Assembly: GCA_963778545.1 (NCBI GenBank)
Contig: CAVZUW010000007.1
Span: forward strand, 8,942 to 72,941
DNA length: 64,000 bases
Direction: 5' to 3'
DNA from: an uncultured Actinomycetes bacterium
GTDB taxonomy: Bacteria; Actinomycetota; UBA4738; HRBIN12
Made by a program: the position numbers and the translations under genes. The notes beneath the pieces are model-generated. The model was not told the DNA's origin and searched no databases. It saw only the letters and a program-made list of their open reading frames with translations. The stretch's first letter is position 1. Every line of letters begins with the position of its first letter. Shown here piece by piece: positions 50,964 to 59,364 of this stretch.

Positions 50964-52291
50964 GCGCCGAGCCGATGGCCGTCGCTGAACGGTTCGCCGG
51001 CCTGGGGCGCGTGCTCGACGACGTCTGCAGATTCGTGCGTCGGTACGTGATCCTGAGCGACGACGCAGCCACGATCGTGACGGTCTGGGTGGCGCATGTG
51101 TTTGCATTCAGAGCGTTCGAGTTCACGCCGTACCTCGTGGTCACTTCTGCCACGAAGCGATCGGGGAAGAGTCGCCTCCTCGAAGTGCTCGAGGTCGTCC
51201 TCGAGCCGAAGCGCTCCGTATCGACGGCAAACATCTCCGCCGCGAGCCTGTTCCGGCTGATTGATGCGAACCCTGGGGTTGCCGTGCTCTTCGACGAGAT
51301 CGACCGGATCCCGAAGGACAAGGCCGAGGATCTCTGGGGCCTGATCAACTCAGGCTGGCGCCTCGGCGGGAAAGCTCACCGGCAGTCCGGCGTGAAGATG
51401 GAGACGCTCACAGCGTTCTCCACGTTCTCGCCGAAGCTTCTGTGCGGCATCGGACGACCCGTGCCAGATACCGTGGACGATCGCGGACTCAAGATCCGGA
51501 TGGAGCGACGGCTTCCCTCCGAAAGCGTCGAACGCCTCCGCCTGCGGAGGGCTGCTGAGGAGGTAGCTCCGATCCGCGAGGCGCTGGCCACGTGGGCTGG
51601 CGATGGAACGATTGAACGGCTCTCCCACGCAGAGCCAACCTTCCCCGCCTCGATGACCAACGACCGGCTTATGGACGTGGCCGAGCCGCTGTTCGCGATC
51701 GCCGACGAAGCTGGCGGGGAGTGGCCCAGCCGCGTTCGGCGTGCCGTGTTCGACCTCGAGGAGGCGGCCGGGCACGTGGCTGAGGAGGAGCTCGGCGTTC
51801 TCGCCCTGCGACACGTCCTCGATGCATTCAGGACCAAGCGGGTCACCAAGCTGTTCACCGATGACCTACTCGCTTACATGGTGACATTGGACGACGGACC
51901 ATGGGCCGAGTGGTGGGGAGACAGGGTCGCCTCCGGTCAGACAGTTGGGCCGGCCCGACGGCTCCGCAAGCTGCTCGATCGGTTCGAAAAGGTCGAGCCG
52001 ACCCAGGTGCGCCTCGGCGAGGTGACGAGGAAGGGCTACCACCTCGAGCCGGTCCAGGCTGCGGGCTCGCGGTACCTATCCGAAACGTCCGAAACTAGCG
52101 AAACGCCCCTGGCCAGGCCTGTTTCGGATGTTTCCCCTGTTTCGGATACCCAAGGTGAGCGAGCACGAGAGCCAGGCTGGGTTCGCTTGCAGCGCGAGGC
52201 CGGCGAGGACCCCGAGCAGGACGAGGCAGCAGCCCTCGCTCGCCTGAAGACCGAGCTCGGCGCGACGGAGATCTCGAGGTCCCCGGCATGA
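50960..52291 (+). CDS. DUF3631-family protein (mobile-element replication/partition-associated)
   Basis: GTG 50960 overlaps the upstream stop (GTGA): ...LDDVCRFVRRYVILSDDAATIVTVWVAHVFAFRAFEFTPYLVVTSATKRSGKSRLLEVLE...VLFDEIDRI... is as I recall for DUF3631. Confidence 0.6.
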   Translation: MSAEPMAVAERFAGLGRVLDDVCRFVRRYVILSDDAATIVTVWVAHVFAFRAFEFTPYLVVTSATKRSGKSRLLEVLEVVLEPKRSVSTANISAASLFRLIDANPGVAVLFDEIDRIPKDKAEDLWGLINSGWRLGGKAHRQSGVKMETLTAFSTFSPKLLCGIGRPVPDTVDDRGLKIRMERRLPSESVERLRLRRAAEEVAPIREALATWAGDGTIERLSHAEPTFPASMTNDRLMDVAEPLFAIADEAGGEWPSRVRRAVFDLEEAAGHVAEEELGVLALRHVLDAFRTKRVTKLFTDDLLAYMVTLDDGPWAEWWGDRVASGQTVGPARRLRKLLDRFEKVEPTQVRLGEVTRKGYHLEPVQAAGSRYLSETSETSETPLARPVSDVSPVSDTQGERAREPGWVRLQREAGEDPEQDEAAALARLKTELGATEISRSPA

Positions 52292-52464
52292 CCCCTTCCG
52301 TCGCGTTCAACGCTTCGGTCGCGCCCGTCGAGAGGAGTGCGGCGGGGGTACCGGCGACCCGAGGGGGAGTAGGGGCTTCCCCCTCGACCGCGCGCGCCCG
52401 GAGACCCTCTGGGAAGTCCATCGGACTGTGTACGGGTCTGGATTCCTACGCTTGGGAGGTGGAT

Positions 52465-52938
52465 ATGGCAGGTAAGGGGCCGGCGCCGAAGCTGCCCGAT
52501 CAGCGACGTCGCCGCAACGCAACCCCCGGGTTCAAACGCTTGTCCCACGAAGGGCGCTTCGGGGATCCGCCTGCATCGCCGCTGACTACGCCCAGCGCCG
52601 CCGAACTCAACCAGTGGCGCGAGTTGTGGTCACTTCCCCAAGCGGTCGAGTGGGAGCGGATACGTTGCGAGCCCATGGTGGCCCTGTACGTCCGGGTCTT
52701 CGTGTCCGTTACCACCGAACTCGACCCGAAGATGTTGAACGAACTCCGCCAGCTGGACGCGAAGATCGGCCTGTCCCCGCGTTCCATGCTCGACCTCAGG
52801 TGGGAGATCGACGAAGCCATCGTCGAGACCGAGCCCGGAACGGAGTCGAACGGGCATCGCGTCTTCGTGCCGGACGGCCTGCATCACCCATCGGCGCCGA
52901 ATGGCGTACCGACGCCGCCTTACGTGCGTCCAAAATAG
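52465..52938 (+). CDS. P27-family phage terminase small-subunit-like protein
   Basis: ATG 52465 follows GGGAGGTGG: MAGKGPAPKLPDQRRRRN...AAELNQWRELWSLPQAVEWERIRCEPMVALYVR...LRQLDAKIGLSPRSMLDLRWEI. The layout matches P27 TerS as I remember it. Confidence 0.45.
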   Translation: MAGKGPAPKLPDQRRRRNATPGFKRLSHEGRFGDPPASPLTTPSAAELNQWRELWSLPQAVEWERIRCEPMVALYVRVFVSVTTELDPKMLNELRQLDAKIGLSPRSMLDLRWEIDEAIVETEPGTESNGHRVFVPDGLHHPSAPNGVPTPPYVRPK

Positions 52939-53012
52939 TTCCCTAGCGCGGCCGAACGCCGAGGACGAGATCTGTACGGCCAGCGGCTCCGTCTGGGCGG
53001 GATTCCGGTCGG

Positions 53013-53047
53013 CTAGACCGCCGGGCTCGCCGTGGCGCGCGGACTAG
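53013..53047 (+). repeat. R2 copy 1 (CTAG-associated ~38-nt intergenic repeat)
   Basis: ctagaccgccgggctcgccgtggcgcgcggactag. Confidence 0.6.
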
Positions 53048-53127
53048 CTGCAGGCAGCAGGCGCTAGCCGAGGACCGGAGTCGCTCCCGGCCTAGGCCGT
53101 GAAGGATGGACACCGAGCTTCAGCGGA

Positions 53128-53382
53128 TCAGCGTCCGCGCTCTTGCTCCTCCACCTTGCGGCGCTCTCGGGCCTCGCGTTGCATCTCCTCGACAATCTGG
53201 TCACCGGCGGCGAGCGTCGCCTCCGCTTCCAGGATCTGGGAGATGTACAACCGGATGCCCCGTCGGGCGACCCATGCCAGGGGGCGCTCCATGTCGTCTG
53301 CGATCGCCTGAAGTGCGCGTAGATCCCGAGGGCTGAGCTGGACCATCAGCCGCTCCGTAAGCCTTTCCTCCTGGTCTGACAT
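53128..53382 (-). CDS. ribbon-helix-helix (CopG/Arc-like) DNA-binding protein
   Basis: 84 aa: ERLMVQLSPRDLRALQAIADDMERPLAWVARRGIRLYI (beta-strand, helix, helix pattern), then a charged tail. Confidence 0.55.
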   Translation of the reverse strand: MSDQEERLTERLMVQLSPRDLRALQAIADDMERPLAWVARRGIRLYISQILEAEATLAAGDQIVEEMQREARERRKVEEQERGR

Positions 53383-53436
53383 GAGGTGAGCCTACCGCCT
53401 TTGTACTGCTTCCACAACCCTGGTAGTCTCTCTGTT

Positions 53437-53880
53437 GTGCAACGCTACAGAGCGCAGCGAGTAGAGGGAGAGAGAACAAAGCGCGTGATCTGGGTGGCCC
53501 TGGTGGCCGCCATCGCCGCGGTCGCGACTGCCGCACCGGCCCTGGCGGTGACGCCGCAGGACTGGACGACCAGGTACGAGAACAACAAGATCAGATGGTC
53601 CGACCGCACTACCTGCACGCTGATCGATGCCTCGGGTGCGTGCGCGTTGGATTCGACGATCTCCGTCGAATGGAAGATCAAGAACAGAACCCAATACCGC
53701 CTCGAAGCCGCCTGTGCCGCCGGTGTGACGGCTGGCGACAGGATATGGCAGGCCGAGTGGGTGCTCCGACTGAAACCGAAGACAACCAAGACGCGGGTCG
53801 TGCAGACGGGCTTTCGGTGGGCACCGGAGATCGACTGGGTGTGGGGAGACTTCCGCTGCGTCTTCGAGCGCTTGTCGTGA
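53437..53880 (+). CDS. secreted hypothetical protein
   Basis: Signal peptide VIWVALVAAIAAVATAAPALAVTP. The mature part is Cys- and Trp-rich. Confidence 0.5.
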   Translation: MQRYRAQRVEGERTKRVIWVALVAAIAAVATAAPALAVTPQDWTTRYENNKIRWSDRTTCTLIDASGACALDSTISVEWKIKNRTQYRLEAACAAGVTAGDRIWQAEWVLRLKPKTTKTRVVQTGFRWAPEIDWVWGDFRCVFERLS

Positions 53881-53893
53881 GGCGAGGAGCGGC

Positions 53894-54067
53894 ATGAGGA
53901 TCGAGCACGGACAGAAGGTGCGTCAGTACGACGTCGATCGTGTTTGCCGTGTACTCGGTTGTGCCGTTCAACTCTCCCGATACAACCCGGAGGAGTACTG
54001 CGGGGTCCACGCGCAGCAGAGATTCGAGACGCTGCCGCGCAGGCGGGGCGCTCGCGGTAGGAACTAG
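53894..54067 (+). CDS. 57-aa Cys-rich small ORF
   Basis: Not in the track. ATG 53894 follows GAGGAG: MRIEHGQKVRQYDVDRVCRVLGCAVQLSRYNPEEYCGVHAQQRFETLPRRRGARGRN. It shares a CTAG stop with the convergent gene. Confidence 0.3.
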   Translation: MRIEHGQKVRQYDVDRVCRVLGCAVQLSRYNPEEYCGVHAQQRFETLPRRRGARGRN

Positions 54068-54304
54068 CGTTCGCGGTCGGCTTCCGCGCAACATCCCGAC
54101 GAGCACCGCTCGCAACACACGGTCCTCCTCGCAGTCGATCAGCAACTCGGCGAAGGTGCGGCTCTGCGGGTAGCTCCAGAACTCCTTGATTCGCTCGGCA
54201 CGCTCGAAATCGGGAAGCATCAGGACGTGGAGAAGCTCCGCGCCGGGAGCCAAGGACCGAACAGACGATTCGAGAGGCTTAGAGTTAAGGTCCTGCCGGG
54301 CCAT
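54064..54304 (-). CDS. ELLIDCEEDR-module protein, copy A (longest copy; 1-nt frame problem in the last ~8 codons)
   Basis: ATG 54304: MARQDLNSKPLESSVRSLAPGAELLHVLMLPDFERAERIKEFWSYPQSRTFAELLIDCEEDRVLRAVLVGMLR. A 1-nt shift then gives EADRER-stop, matching the tails of the other copies. Confidence 0.4.
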
Positions 54305-54374
54305 GTCACCGGTATGGAGCAAACTTGCGTACCACCTCGGACGACGTCCTGCTCGCCAAGTGTCCGGCCTCTTC

Positions 54375-54989
54375 ATGGATGCTGGACTGCGCCCCTATCG
54401 GCCGCTTCACGTGGAGTCAACTGAGAGCTGGTCGTCGGCCTACGGAGGAGGTGGGCGCGACTATTCCGGACCTGCTGAAGCTGCTCGGTACGGCATCCTC
54501 GCCGCCTACCTGAGGCTCGTTGAGGAGTCCCCCTCGATCCTCGATTTCGGTTGCGGAACAGGGCTCGTGTTGGAGCGCATCCAGGGGATTCCGTTTCGCG
54601 ACTACGTGGGGATCGACTCCTCACCCGTCGCGATCGAGCTGGCCCGGGAAAGGGTGCCCGGGGTGGGTACGTTCGTTGTGGGTGAGGACGTGCCGCCAAC
54701 CGCCGGTCCGTTCGATGTAATCATCTGCAACGAGGTCTTGTACTACCTGTCCGACCCTGGTGCCGTGTTGGACCGGTTCAGAACGGTCCTCCGCCCCGGT
54801 GGGAGCCTCCTGACGTCGATCTTGCGCCATCCCGGAGACCTGAGCCTCCATCGGATGATTGATGCTCGCTTCCAACGCGTGTACGGGGTCGAGGTCCGGA
54901 ATCTCATCAGGAGGGGTACGGGACGTTGGCCTCACACACGGTACCGGCGTCGCGTGGCTTGGCACCGGTTGCCAAGGAACTCTTCATAG
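54375..54989 (+). CDS. class I SAM-dependent methyltransferase
   Basis: ATG 54375: ...SILDFGCGTGLVLERI (motif I)...YVGIDSSPVAIELA...FDVIICNEVLYYL...LRPGGSLL. Confidence 0.7.
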   Translation: MDAGLRPYRPLHVESTESWSSAYGGGGRDYSGPAEAARYGILAAYLRLVEESPSILDFGCGTGLVLERIQGIPFRDYVGIDSSPVAIELARERVPGVGTFVVGEDVPPTAGPFDVIICNEVLYYLSDPGAVLDRFRTVLRPGGSLLTSILRHPGDLSLHRMIDARFQRVYGVEVRNLIRRGTGRWPHTRYRRRVAWHRLPRNSS

Positions 54990-55051
54990 CTCCGCTAGGC
55001 AGCACATCCCGCCTCGGATTGGTCTGCCCATCTCTCTGCACCGGTAGGTCG

Positions 55052-55156
55052 CTAGGAAGGACCCGAGCGGTCGCCCTCTCGCAGCATTCCGACCAGCACC
55101 GCCCTCAGCGTCCGGTCCTCCTCGCAGTCGATCAGCAGCTCGAAGGTCCGACGCAA
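55052..55156 (-). CDS. ELLIDCEEDR module, copy B (short ORF from TTG, or a read-through extension of the zinc-finger ORF)
   Basis: (L)RRTFELLIDCEEDRTLRAVLVGMLREGDRSGPS-stop. It is in the same frame as the upstream zinc-finger ORF, separated by a single TGA (55160-55162). Confidence 0.35.
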   Translation of the reverse strand: MRRTFELLIDCEEDRTLRAVLVGMLREGDRSGPS

Positions 55157-55159
55157 TGG

Positions 55160-55304
55160 TCACCCGGAGGATGAGGCAGGCTCCTCCTCAACCCCGTGAG
55201 CTTCATTGAGGTGCTTCACGAGGTCTTCTTGCAGGGCGAAGGACTGGTCACAGAAGTGGCACTTGCGGACCGGGTTCGCCCATCTCCATCTCGTGTTCGC
55301 TCAT
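55160..55304 (-). pseudogene. second C2H2 zinc-finger micro-protein (ATG and finger are in different frames)
   Basis: ATG 55304 gives MSEHEMEMGEPGPQ.. and then a stop. The adjacent frame reads ..VRKCHFCDQSFALQEDLVKHLNEAHGVEEEPASSSG-stop, with the same C-x2-C-x12-H-x4-H spacing as 41434..41583. Confidence 0.4.
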
Positions 55305-55463
55305 CCTCGGTCTCCTCCGTGTTCGCTCTTTCGCCGGAGTGCTGCCACGCAACGCCGCCCTCCCAACTCGTCTCCCTTGTTGGGTAGGCCTTACCCAGGC
55401 TCCAGAGAGGCACACCACCAGTGAGGTCGGCGGTCCCGTGCGGCGCTCGCTCGCGGATGAGTC

Positions 55464-55546
55464 CTAGGAAGGACCCGAGCGGTCGATCTCCCGCAGCATC
55501 CCGACGAGCACCGCTCTCAGCGTCCGATCCTCCTCGCAGTCAGGCG
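55464..55546 (-). pseudogene. ELLIDCEEDR module, copy C (5'-truncated, abutting R2 copy 2)
   Basis: ..DCEEDRTLRAVLVGMLREIDRSGPS-stop. There is no start codon. Upstream it runs straight into the R2 repeat. Confidence 0.45.
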
Positions 55547-55585
55547 CTAGACCGCCGGGTCGGCGTGCTGCGCGGGCTCCGGGTG
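55547..55585 (+). repeat. R2 copy 2
   Basis: ctagaccgccgggtcggcgtgctgcgcgggctccgggtg. Confidence 0.6.
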
Positions 55586-55632
55586 CGCTCGCGTTGCACC
55601 AGGAACGTCTGGACGATTCGGCCTATCAGCCG

Positions 55633-56001
55633 CTACTCGACGATTGTCGCCTCGCCCGTCATCTGCGGATGGATGGTGCACACGAATTCGTACGTACCCG
55701 GCTCCACCGCACCAGAGATCGGCTCGGGACCGTTGAAGATCTCACCGGGGGCGATGGGGATGTTGATCTGGGTGCCGACCATCGTGAACGTGTGGCCGAC
55801 ATCGTCCTCATTCACGACCGAGATGCCTTGGGAAGCGGTCGCCTTGAAGCAAGCCGGGTAGAAGGCGAGTCTCGCGATTGTGATCGTGAAGCCTGGCTCC
55901 TCGCTGGTCAGATTGGCGCAATCCTCCGATGATCCGCCGTCATCCCCGCACGCGGGAAGCAGAGCCGCAACCGCCATGAGCACCACCAGAGCCTTCCGCA
56001 T
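55633..56001 (-). CDS. cupredoxin (type-1 blue-copper, plastocyanin/amicyanin-like) lipoprotein
   Basis: 122 aa. Lipobox ALLPAC. Copper ligands H (VGHTF) and C-x2-H-x2-M (FVCTIHPQM). Confidence 0.75.
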   Translation of the reverse strand: MRKALVVLMAVAALLPACGDDGGSSEDCANLTSEEPGFTITIARLAFYPACFKATASQGISVVNEDDVGHTFTMVGTQINIPIAPGEIFNGPEPISGAVEPGTYEFVCTIHPQMTGEATIVE

Positions 56002-56020
56002 ATCAACTCCAAGCCCTCGC

Positions 56021-56152
56021 CTAGGACGAACGTTCCGACTCCCGCAGCATGCCTACGAGCACCGCCCGCAGCGTCCGGTCCTGCTCGCAGTCGATCAGGA
56101 GTTCGGCGAAGGTGCGGCTCGCGGTCAGGTCGCGGAGGCGTGCCGTGAGCAA
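56021..56152 (-). CDS. ELLIDCEEDR module, copy D (43-aa ORF from TTG)
   Basis: (L)LTARLRDLTASRTFAELLIDCEQDRTLRAVLVGMLRESERSS-stop. An in-frame TGA lies 7 codons upstream of the TTG. Confidence 0.35.
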   Translation of the reverse strand: MLTARLRDLTASRTFAELLIDCEQDRTLRAVLVGMLRESERSS

Positions 56153-56221
56153 CTCCAGCCCAGCTCCTTGTCAGGGTTTCGCACGGGCTAGTCGGGGGCT
56201 TATGGTGGCGAGGGTGGTCGG

Positions 56222-56320
56222 ATGATCGCTGCCATCAGCATCGGGATCATCATCATCGTCGCCGTAATAGTCGCTGCGCTCGCGATCACGTACTTCATCC
56301 TGAAAGGATCGCCTCGGTAG
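56222..56320 (+). CDS. 32-aa hydrophobic micro-peptide
   Basis: MIAAISIGIIIIVAVIVAALAITYFILKGSPR. It has the same style as the peptide at 36274..36387. Confidence 0.3.
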   Translation: MIAAISIGIIIIVAVIVAALAITYFILKGSPR

Positions 56321-56678
56321 CCGCAAGCACTAGGGCCTCGCGTCGCTCCACGCGGATGCCTAGGGGTTGGCGGTGGTCGTGCCAGCGTCGCCAGGCGACT
56401 AGCTCATTCGCACCCTGAGGACACCGGCTCGAGTCAGTCCTTCGGCTAGCGCCAGGACTTCTCTGAGCGCCAGACCTTCGCCCACGCCGCGACCTCGCGC
56501 CGATCCCATAACCGACCCTGTCCCTCGCGTCCGACGAAGGGGGAAGCCAGACTCGTCGCTAGGAGTTCAGCACCACCGCCCGACCGCCGATCGAACGCCG
56601 GGGACGAAGCAAGCGCGAAGGGGTTGACTGTCCTCGGCGAAGCGGAGCACGGTGTGGCGGATCGGGTTCGAGACTGTT

Positions 56679-56706
56679 GGCTCGCCGTGCGGCGCGGGCT
56701 CCGGTG
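56679..56706 (+). repeat. R2 copy 3 (left end diverged)
   Basis: ggctcgccgtgcggcgcgggctccggtg. Confidence 0.6.
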
Positions 56707-56729
56707 AGACCAACGTCCAGCTAGTCGCC

Positions 56730-56882
56730 TCAGAGGATCCTTCCGACAGCCCCAAGCAGCCCGGCCATCATCGACCACCCGACGTAGGCGAGCAGGCATA
56801 TCCACACGAACGCCAGGATGAAGGCGGCCGGAGCGAGGAGGACCATTCCGGCCTCACCCAGGTTGTACGCAAGCTTGCTCAT
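56730..56882 (-). CDS. 50-aa two-helix membrane micro-protein
   Basis: MSKLAYNLGEAGMVLLAPAAFILAFVWICLLAYVGWSMMAGLLGAVGRIL. Confidence 0.35.
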   Translation of the reverse strand: MSKLAYNLGEAGMVLLAPAAFILAFVWICLLAYVGWSMMAGLLGAVGRIL

Positions 56883-56953
56883 CAGAAGAGACATACCCGC
56901 CGATCTTCGGCGGAAACGCGCTAGCCAAGCGTAACGACTGCAGTGGCAGTTGC

Positions 56954-57160
56954 TCAGCGCGAGAGCGCAAACAGCAGCACCAGGAATCCTGCACAGACCG
57001 CCAGTGCTCCGATCAGCGTGGCTGTTCGCTCTCGTTTGCGACTGACCTCGTTCTGCGGGCCTCGGAGGAACCCCAACGCCCCGGCAGCGATGAACCCTGC
57101 GCCTACCGCGCCGAAGGCTGCGCCGATCTGCGTGAGCTGCGTGGAAGTCGCGGCCAGCAC
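56954..57160 (-). CDS. 68-aa two-helix membrane protein
   Basis: Track ORF: ...IGAAFGAVGAGFIAAGALGFL...TATLIGALAVCAGFLVLLFAL. Confidence 0.4.
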   Translation of the reverse strand: MLAATSTQLTQIGAAFGAVGAGFIAAGALGFLRGPQNEVSRKRERTATLIGALAVCAGFLVLLFALSR

Positions 57161-57258
57161 GAATCGATCACCCCTAGGTCCACCACACTAGTGACGCGAC
57201 ATGACGGTTGGGAACCCAATTCCAGGCTCACCGTTGCGGCGCGAGATATAGGGGCCGA

Positions 57259-57426
57259 CTAGCTGAGGCCGATGGGCGAGACTTCAGGCACGTCCACGTC
57301 CCCGGTGAAAGCCGGTGAGGGTTCGGGGACGGGATGCTTCGGTGCTGGGTCGGTCATCGTCAGGAACCCCACCAGGAACGCTGCGACGATGATGACCGCG
57401 TAGACGATGCGTCTGCGCGGCGTCAT
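57259..57426 (-). CDS. 55-aa membrane-anchored micro-protein
   Basis: MTPRRRIVYAVIIVAAFLVGFLTMTDPAPKHPVPEPSPAFTGDVDVPEVSPIGLS. Confidence 0.35.
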   Translation of the reverse strand: MTPRRRIVYAVIIVAAFLVGFLTMTDPAPKHPVPEPSPAFTGDVDVPEVSPIGLS

Positions 57427-57487
57427 CGACGTGCAGGGGCATGGTCCACCCCGACATGGTCAAGCCTCAAGCCCGCCGTTACAAGTG

Positions 57488-57526
57488 CTAGACGCCGGCT
57501 CGCCGTGCGGCGCGGGGCTCCCGGTG
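57488..57526 (+). repeat. R2 copy 4
   Basis: ctagacgccggctcgccgtgcggcgcggggctcccggtg. Confidence 0.7.
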
Positions 57527-57557
57527 GCTCGTTGGACGGCCGTGATGATAGGACCTA

Positions 57558-58493
57558 GTGTTCGGGCATCCGATGTTGGGCCTGTCTCGGGCACTCATGG
57601 CGCTATCACTTGCTCTGATACTCCCCGCCACACACGCGCAGGCCACACCCACGTCGTGCCTCGGAAGGCCGGCGACAATCGTCGGCACGCCAGGAGATGA
57701 CGACCTGAGGGGGACCCTCGGACTCGACATCATCGTAGGACTCGGGGGCAACGACAGGATCCACGGGTCAGGAGGCCATGATTGGATCTGCGGGGGTAAG
57801 GGCACCGACCGGCTTAGTGGGGGCGGCGCGTGGGATCTCATCAGTGGGGGTGCTCTCGCCGATTACATCGCCGAGGAGGCAGGCTCCGACCAACTCTCCG
57901 GAGATTCGGGGGACGATGTCATTCATGGTGGTGCCGGTGGCGATTCGATTTTCGGCGGCAAAGGTGATGACGAGGTGATAGGGGGCCGCGGGTACGACTT
58001 CGTGAGTGGGGACGACGGGAATGACCGGCTAAGCGGCGGCGCCCGCGACGACGAGTTGGCGGGGGGCGCGGGAGACGATGCGGTCGATGGTGGTGATGGG
58101 AAGGGAGACACCCTCTCGTTCTACGATGACCCAGATCCCGTGGTCGTCGACCTCATCGCAGGGACGGCGACGGGCGAAGGCACAGACAGTCTGACGGCAA
58201 TCGAGGACGTGTTCGGTTCGAACGCTGATGACGTGATTTCCGGAGACAGCAGCGACAACTCCCTCAGCGGCGGCTTCTCCGGGAACGACAGGTTGGACGG
58301 GCGCGAGGGCGATGACGGGCTCAGCGGTCAGGCAGGTGATGACGATCTGGTCGGCGGTGAAGGAGACGACAATCTGTCCGGGTCGGAAGGGAACGACTCT
58401 CTTGATGGTGGAAACGGAGCAGACTTCCTGAACGGAGGCCCCGGCACGGACACGTGCGCGAACGGCGAGAACAACTCCGAATGTGAAGGCTGA
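57558..58493 (+). CDS. secreted calcium-binding RTX (hemolysin-type GGxGxD nonapeptide repeat) protein
   Basis: Signal LGLSRALMALSLALILPATHAQA. Many repeats follow: GGNDRIHGSGGHDWICGGKGTDRLSGGG..., GGAGGDSIFGGKGDDEVIGGRGYD..., GGEGDDNLSGSEGNDSLDGGNGADFLNGGPGTD. Confidence 0.8.
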   Translation: MFGHPMLGLSRALMALSLALILPATHAQATPTSCLGRPATIVGTPGDDDLRGTLGLDIIVGLGGNDRIHGSGGHDWICGGKGTDRLSGGGAWDLISGGALADYIAEEAGSDQLSGDSGDDVIHGGAGGDSIFGGKGDDEVIGGRGYDFVSGDDGNDRLSGGARDDELAGGAGDDAVDGGDGKGDTLSFYDDPDPVVVDLIAGTATGEGTDSLTAIEDVFGSNADDVISGDSSDNSLSGGFSGNDRLDGREGDDGLSGQAGDDDLVGGEGDDNLSGSEGNDSLDGGNGADFLNGGPGTDTCANGENNSECEG

Positions 58494-58502
58494 TCGAGCG
58501 TT

Positions 58503-58539
58503 CTACCGCCGGCTCGCCGTGCGGCGCGGGCTCCCGGTG
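58503..58539 (+). repeat. R2 copy 5
   Basis: ctaccgccggctcgccgtgcggcgcgggctcccggtg, followed by cacctag. Confidence 0.7.
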
Positions 58540-58631
58540 CACCTAGCGAAGCCTCGTCAGTGGCGAGCTGCACCTCGGGTGGCTGGCAGACGTGATGTCC
58601 AACCTTACCCCTGCTTCTCCACGTTGGTTCC

Positions 58632-59297
58632 CTAGAACAGATCCCGGACCAACCGGACGAGCAATGCCCCGATCGTCAGGATTAGTGCGACGCCGCCTGC
58701 ACCGATCACGATACCGATGGCAAGGACCACGACGTCGCCGAGGATGATCCCGAGGGCAACGACAACAGCACCCAACGCCGGGAACGTGTCAAGGCCCGAG
58801 AAGGGGGGTGCGAACGCTGCAGCGGCCGCCAGGATGATGACGATGAGTCCGAGCAGCCGTAGGAACCACCGTCGCTCGAACAGTTGAGCCCAGCGGGGTC
58901 GCGAGAATCGCTCGAACCATCGGATACGCCGCACCATGAATGGGATGGCCTTGCCGGTCGTGCTGTCACCGAGCTCGCGGTTCCGCCACTTCGCGGGGAG
59001 CCAGATCGTCCTTGCGCCGAGCACCATCTCCGCACCTAGCAGCGCGGTGATGGCCTCGAACACGTGGGTAATCCCGCCGGTGGGTAGGGGCAACGCAGGC
59101 AGGAACATCAAGAGCAGGATCGTGACGGCGAAGCTCCTTTCCCCGAACAGATCGCCCAAGCGGCCGAGGGTCTTGGGCGTGTCGGACCTGAGCCAGTGCT
59201 CAAGCTCGGCGCTGAAGGGCTGTTCGGCCATGACGAGATCGGGGTCTGCTGCGGCAGGGTGCACAGCGAGCAGGTGCCCAGACATCGGCATTGGCAA
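58632..59297 (-). CDS. ExoD-family (exopolysaccharide synthesis) membrane protein
   Basis: 221 aa: LGRLGDLFGERSFAVTILLLMFLPALPLPTGGITHVFEAITALLGAEMVLG...WLP.KW is as I recall for ExoD. Confidence 0.6.
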   Translation of the reverse strand: MPMPMSGHLLAVHPAAADPDLVMAEQPFSAELEHWLRSDTPKTLGRLGDLFGERSFAVTILLLMFLPALPLPTGGITHVFEAITALLGAEMVLGARTIWLPAKWRNRELGDSTTGKAIPFMVRRIRWFERFSRPRWAQLFERRWFLRLLGLIVIILAAAAAFAPPFSGLDTFPALGAVVVALGIILGDVVVLAIGIVIGAGGVALILTIGALLVRLVRDLF

Positions 59298-59364
59298 ACA
59301 CGAGGTCGACGGTCCAGCGTCAGCCCAGCTCAGACGACACTCGCCTCAGCGCTTGTCCTCGCCT

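Larger units (their letters stand above)
48766..53382. mobile_element. candidate integrative element / phage-satellite-like module (integrase, small ORFs, DUF3631, TerS-like, RHH); boundaries not defined
   Basis: Gene content plus a drop in G+C relative to 44-48.7 kb. I found no att direct repeats by eye. Cargo may extend to ~59.7 kb. Confidence 0.4.

Noticed and set aside
55160-55162. TGA between the zinc finger and ELLIDCEEDR copy B interpreted as selenocysteine or programmed read-through.
   Set aside because: I recognised no SECIS-like hairpin immediately downstream. The locus also has an N-terminal frame problem. A pseudogenised fusion or independent TTG-started ORF is simpler.
56446-56805. 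119-aa minus ORF whose C-terminus (..GRLWDRREVAAWAKVW) resembles the end of MerR/HTH_17 excisionase-type proteins.
   Set aside because: The N-terminal part has no helix-turn-helix-like sequence and overlaps R2 copy 3. It may be a remnant of an excisionase gene, but I cannot support a call.
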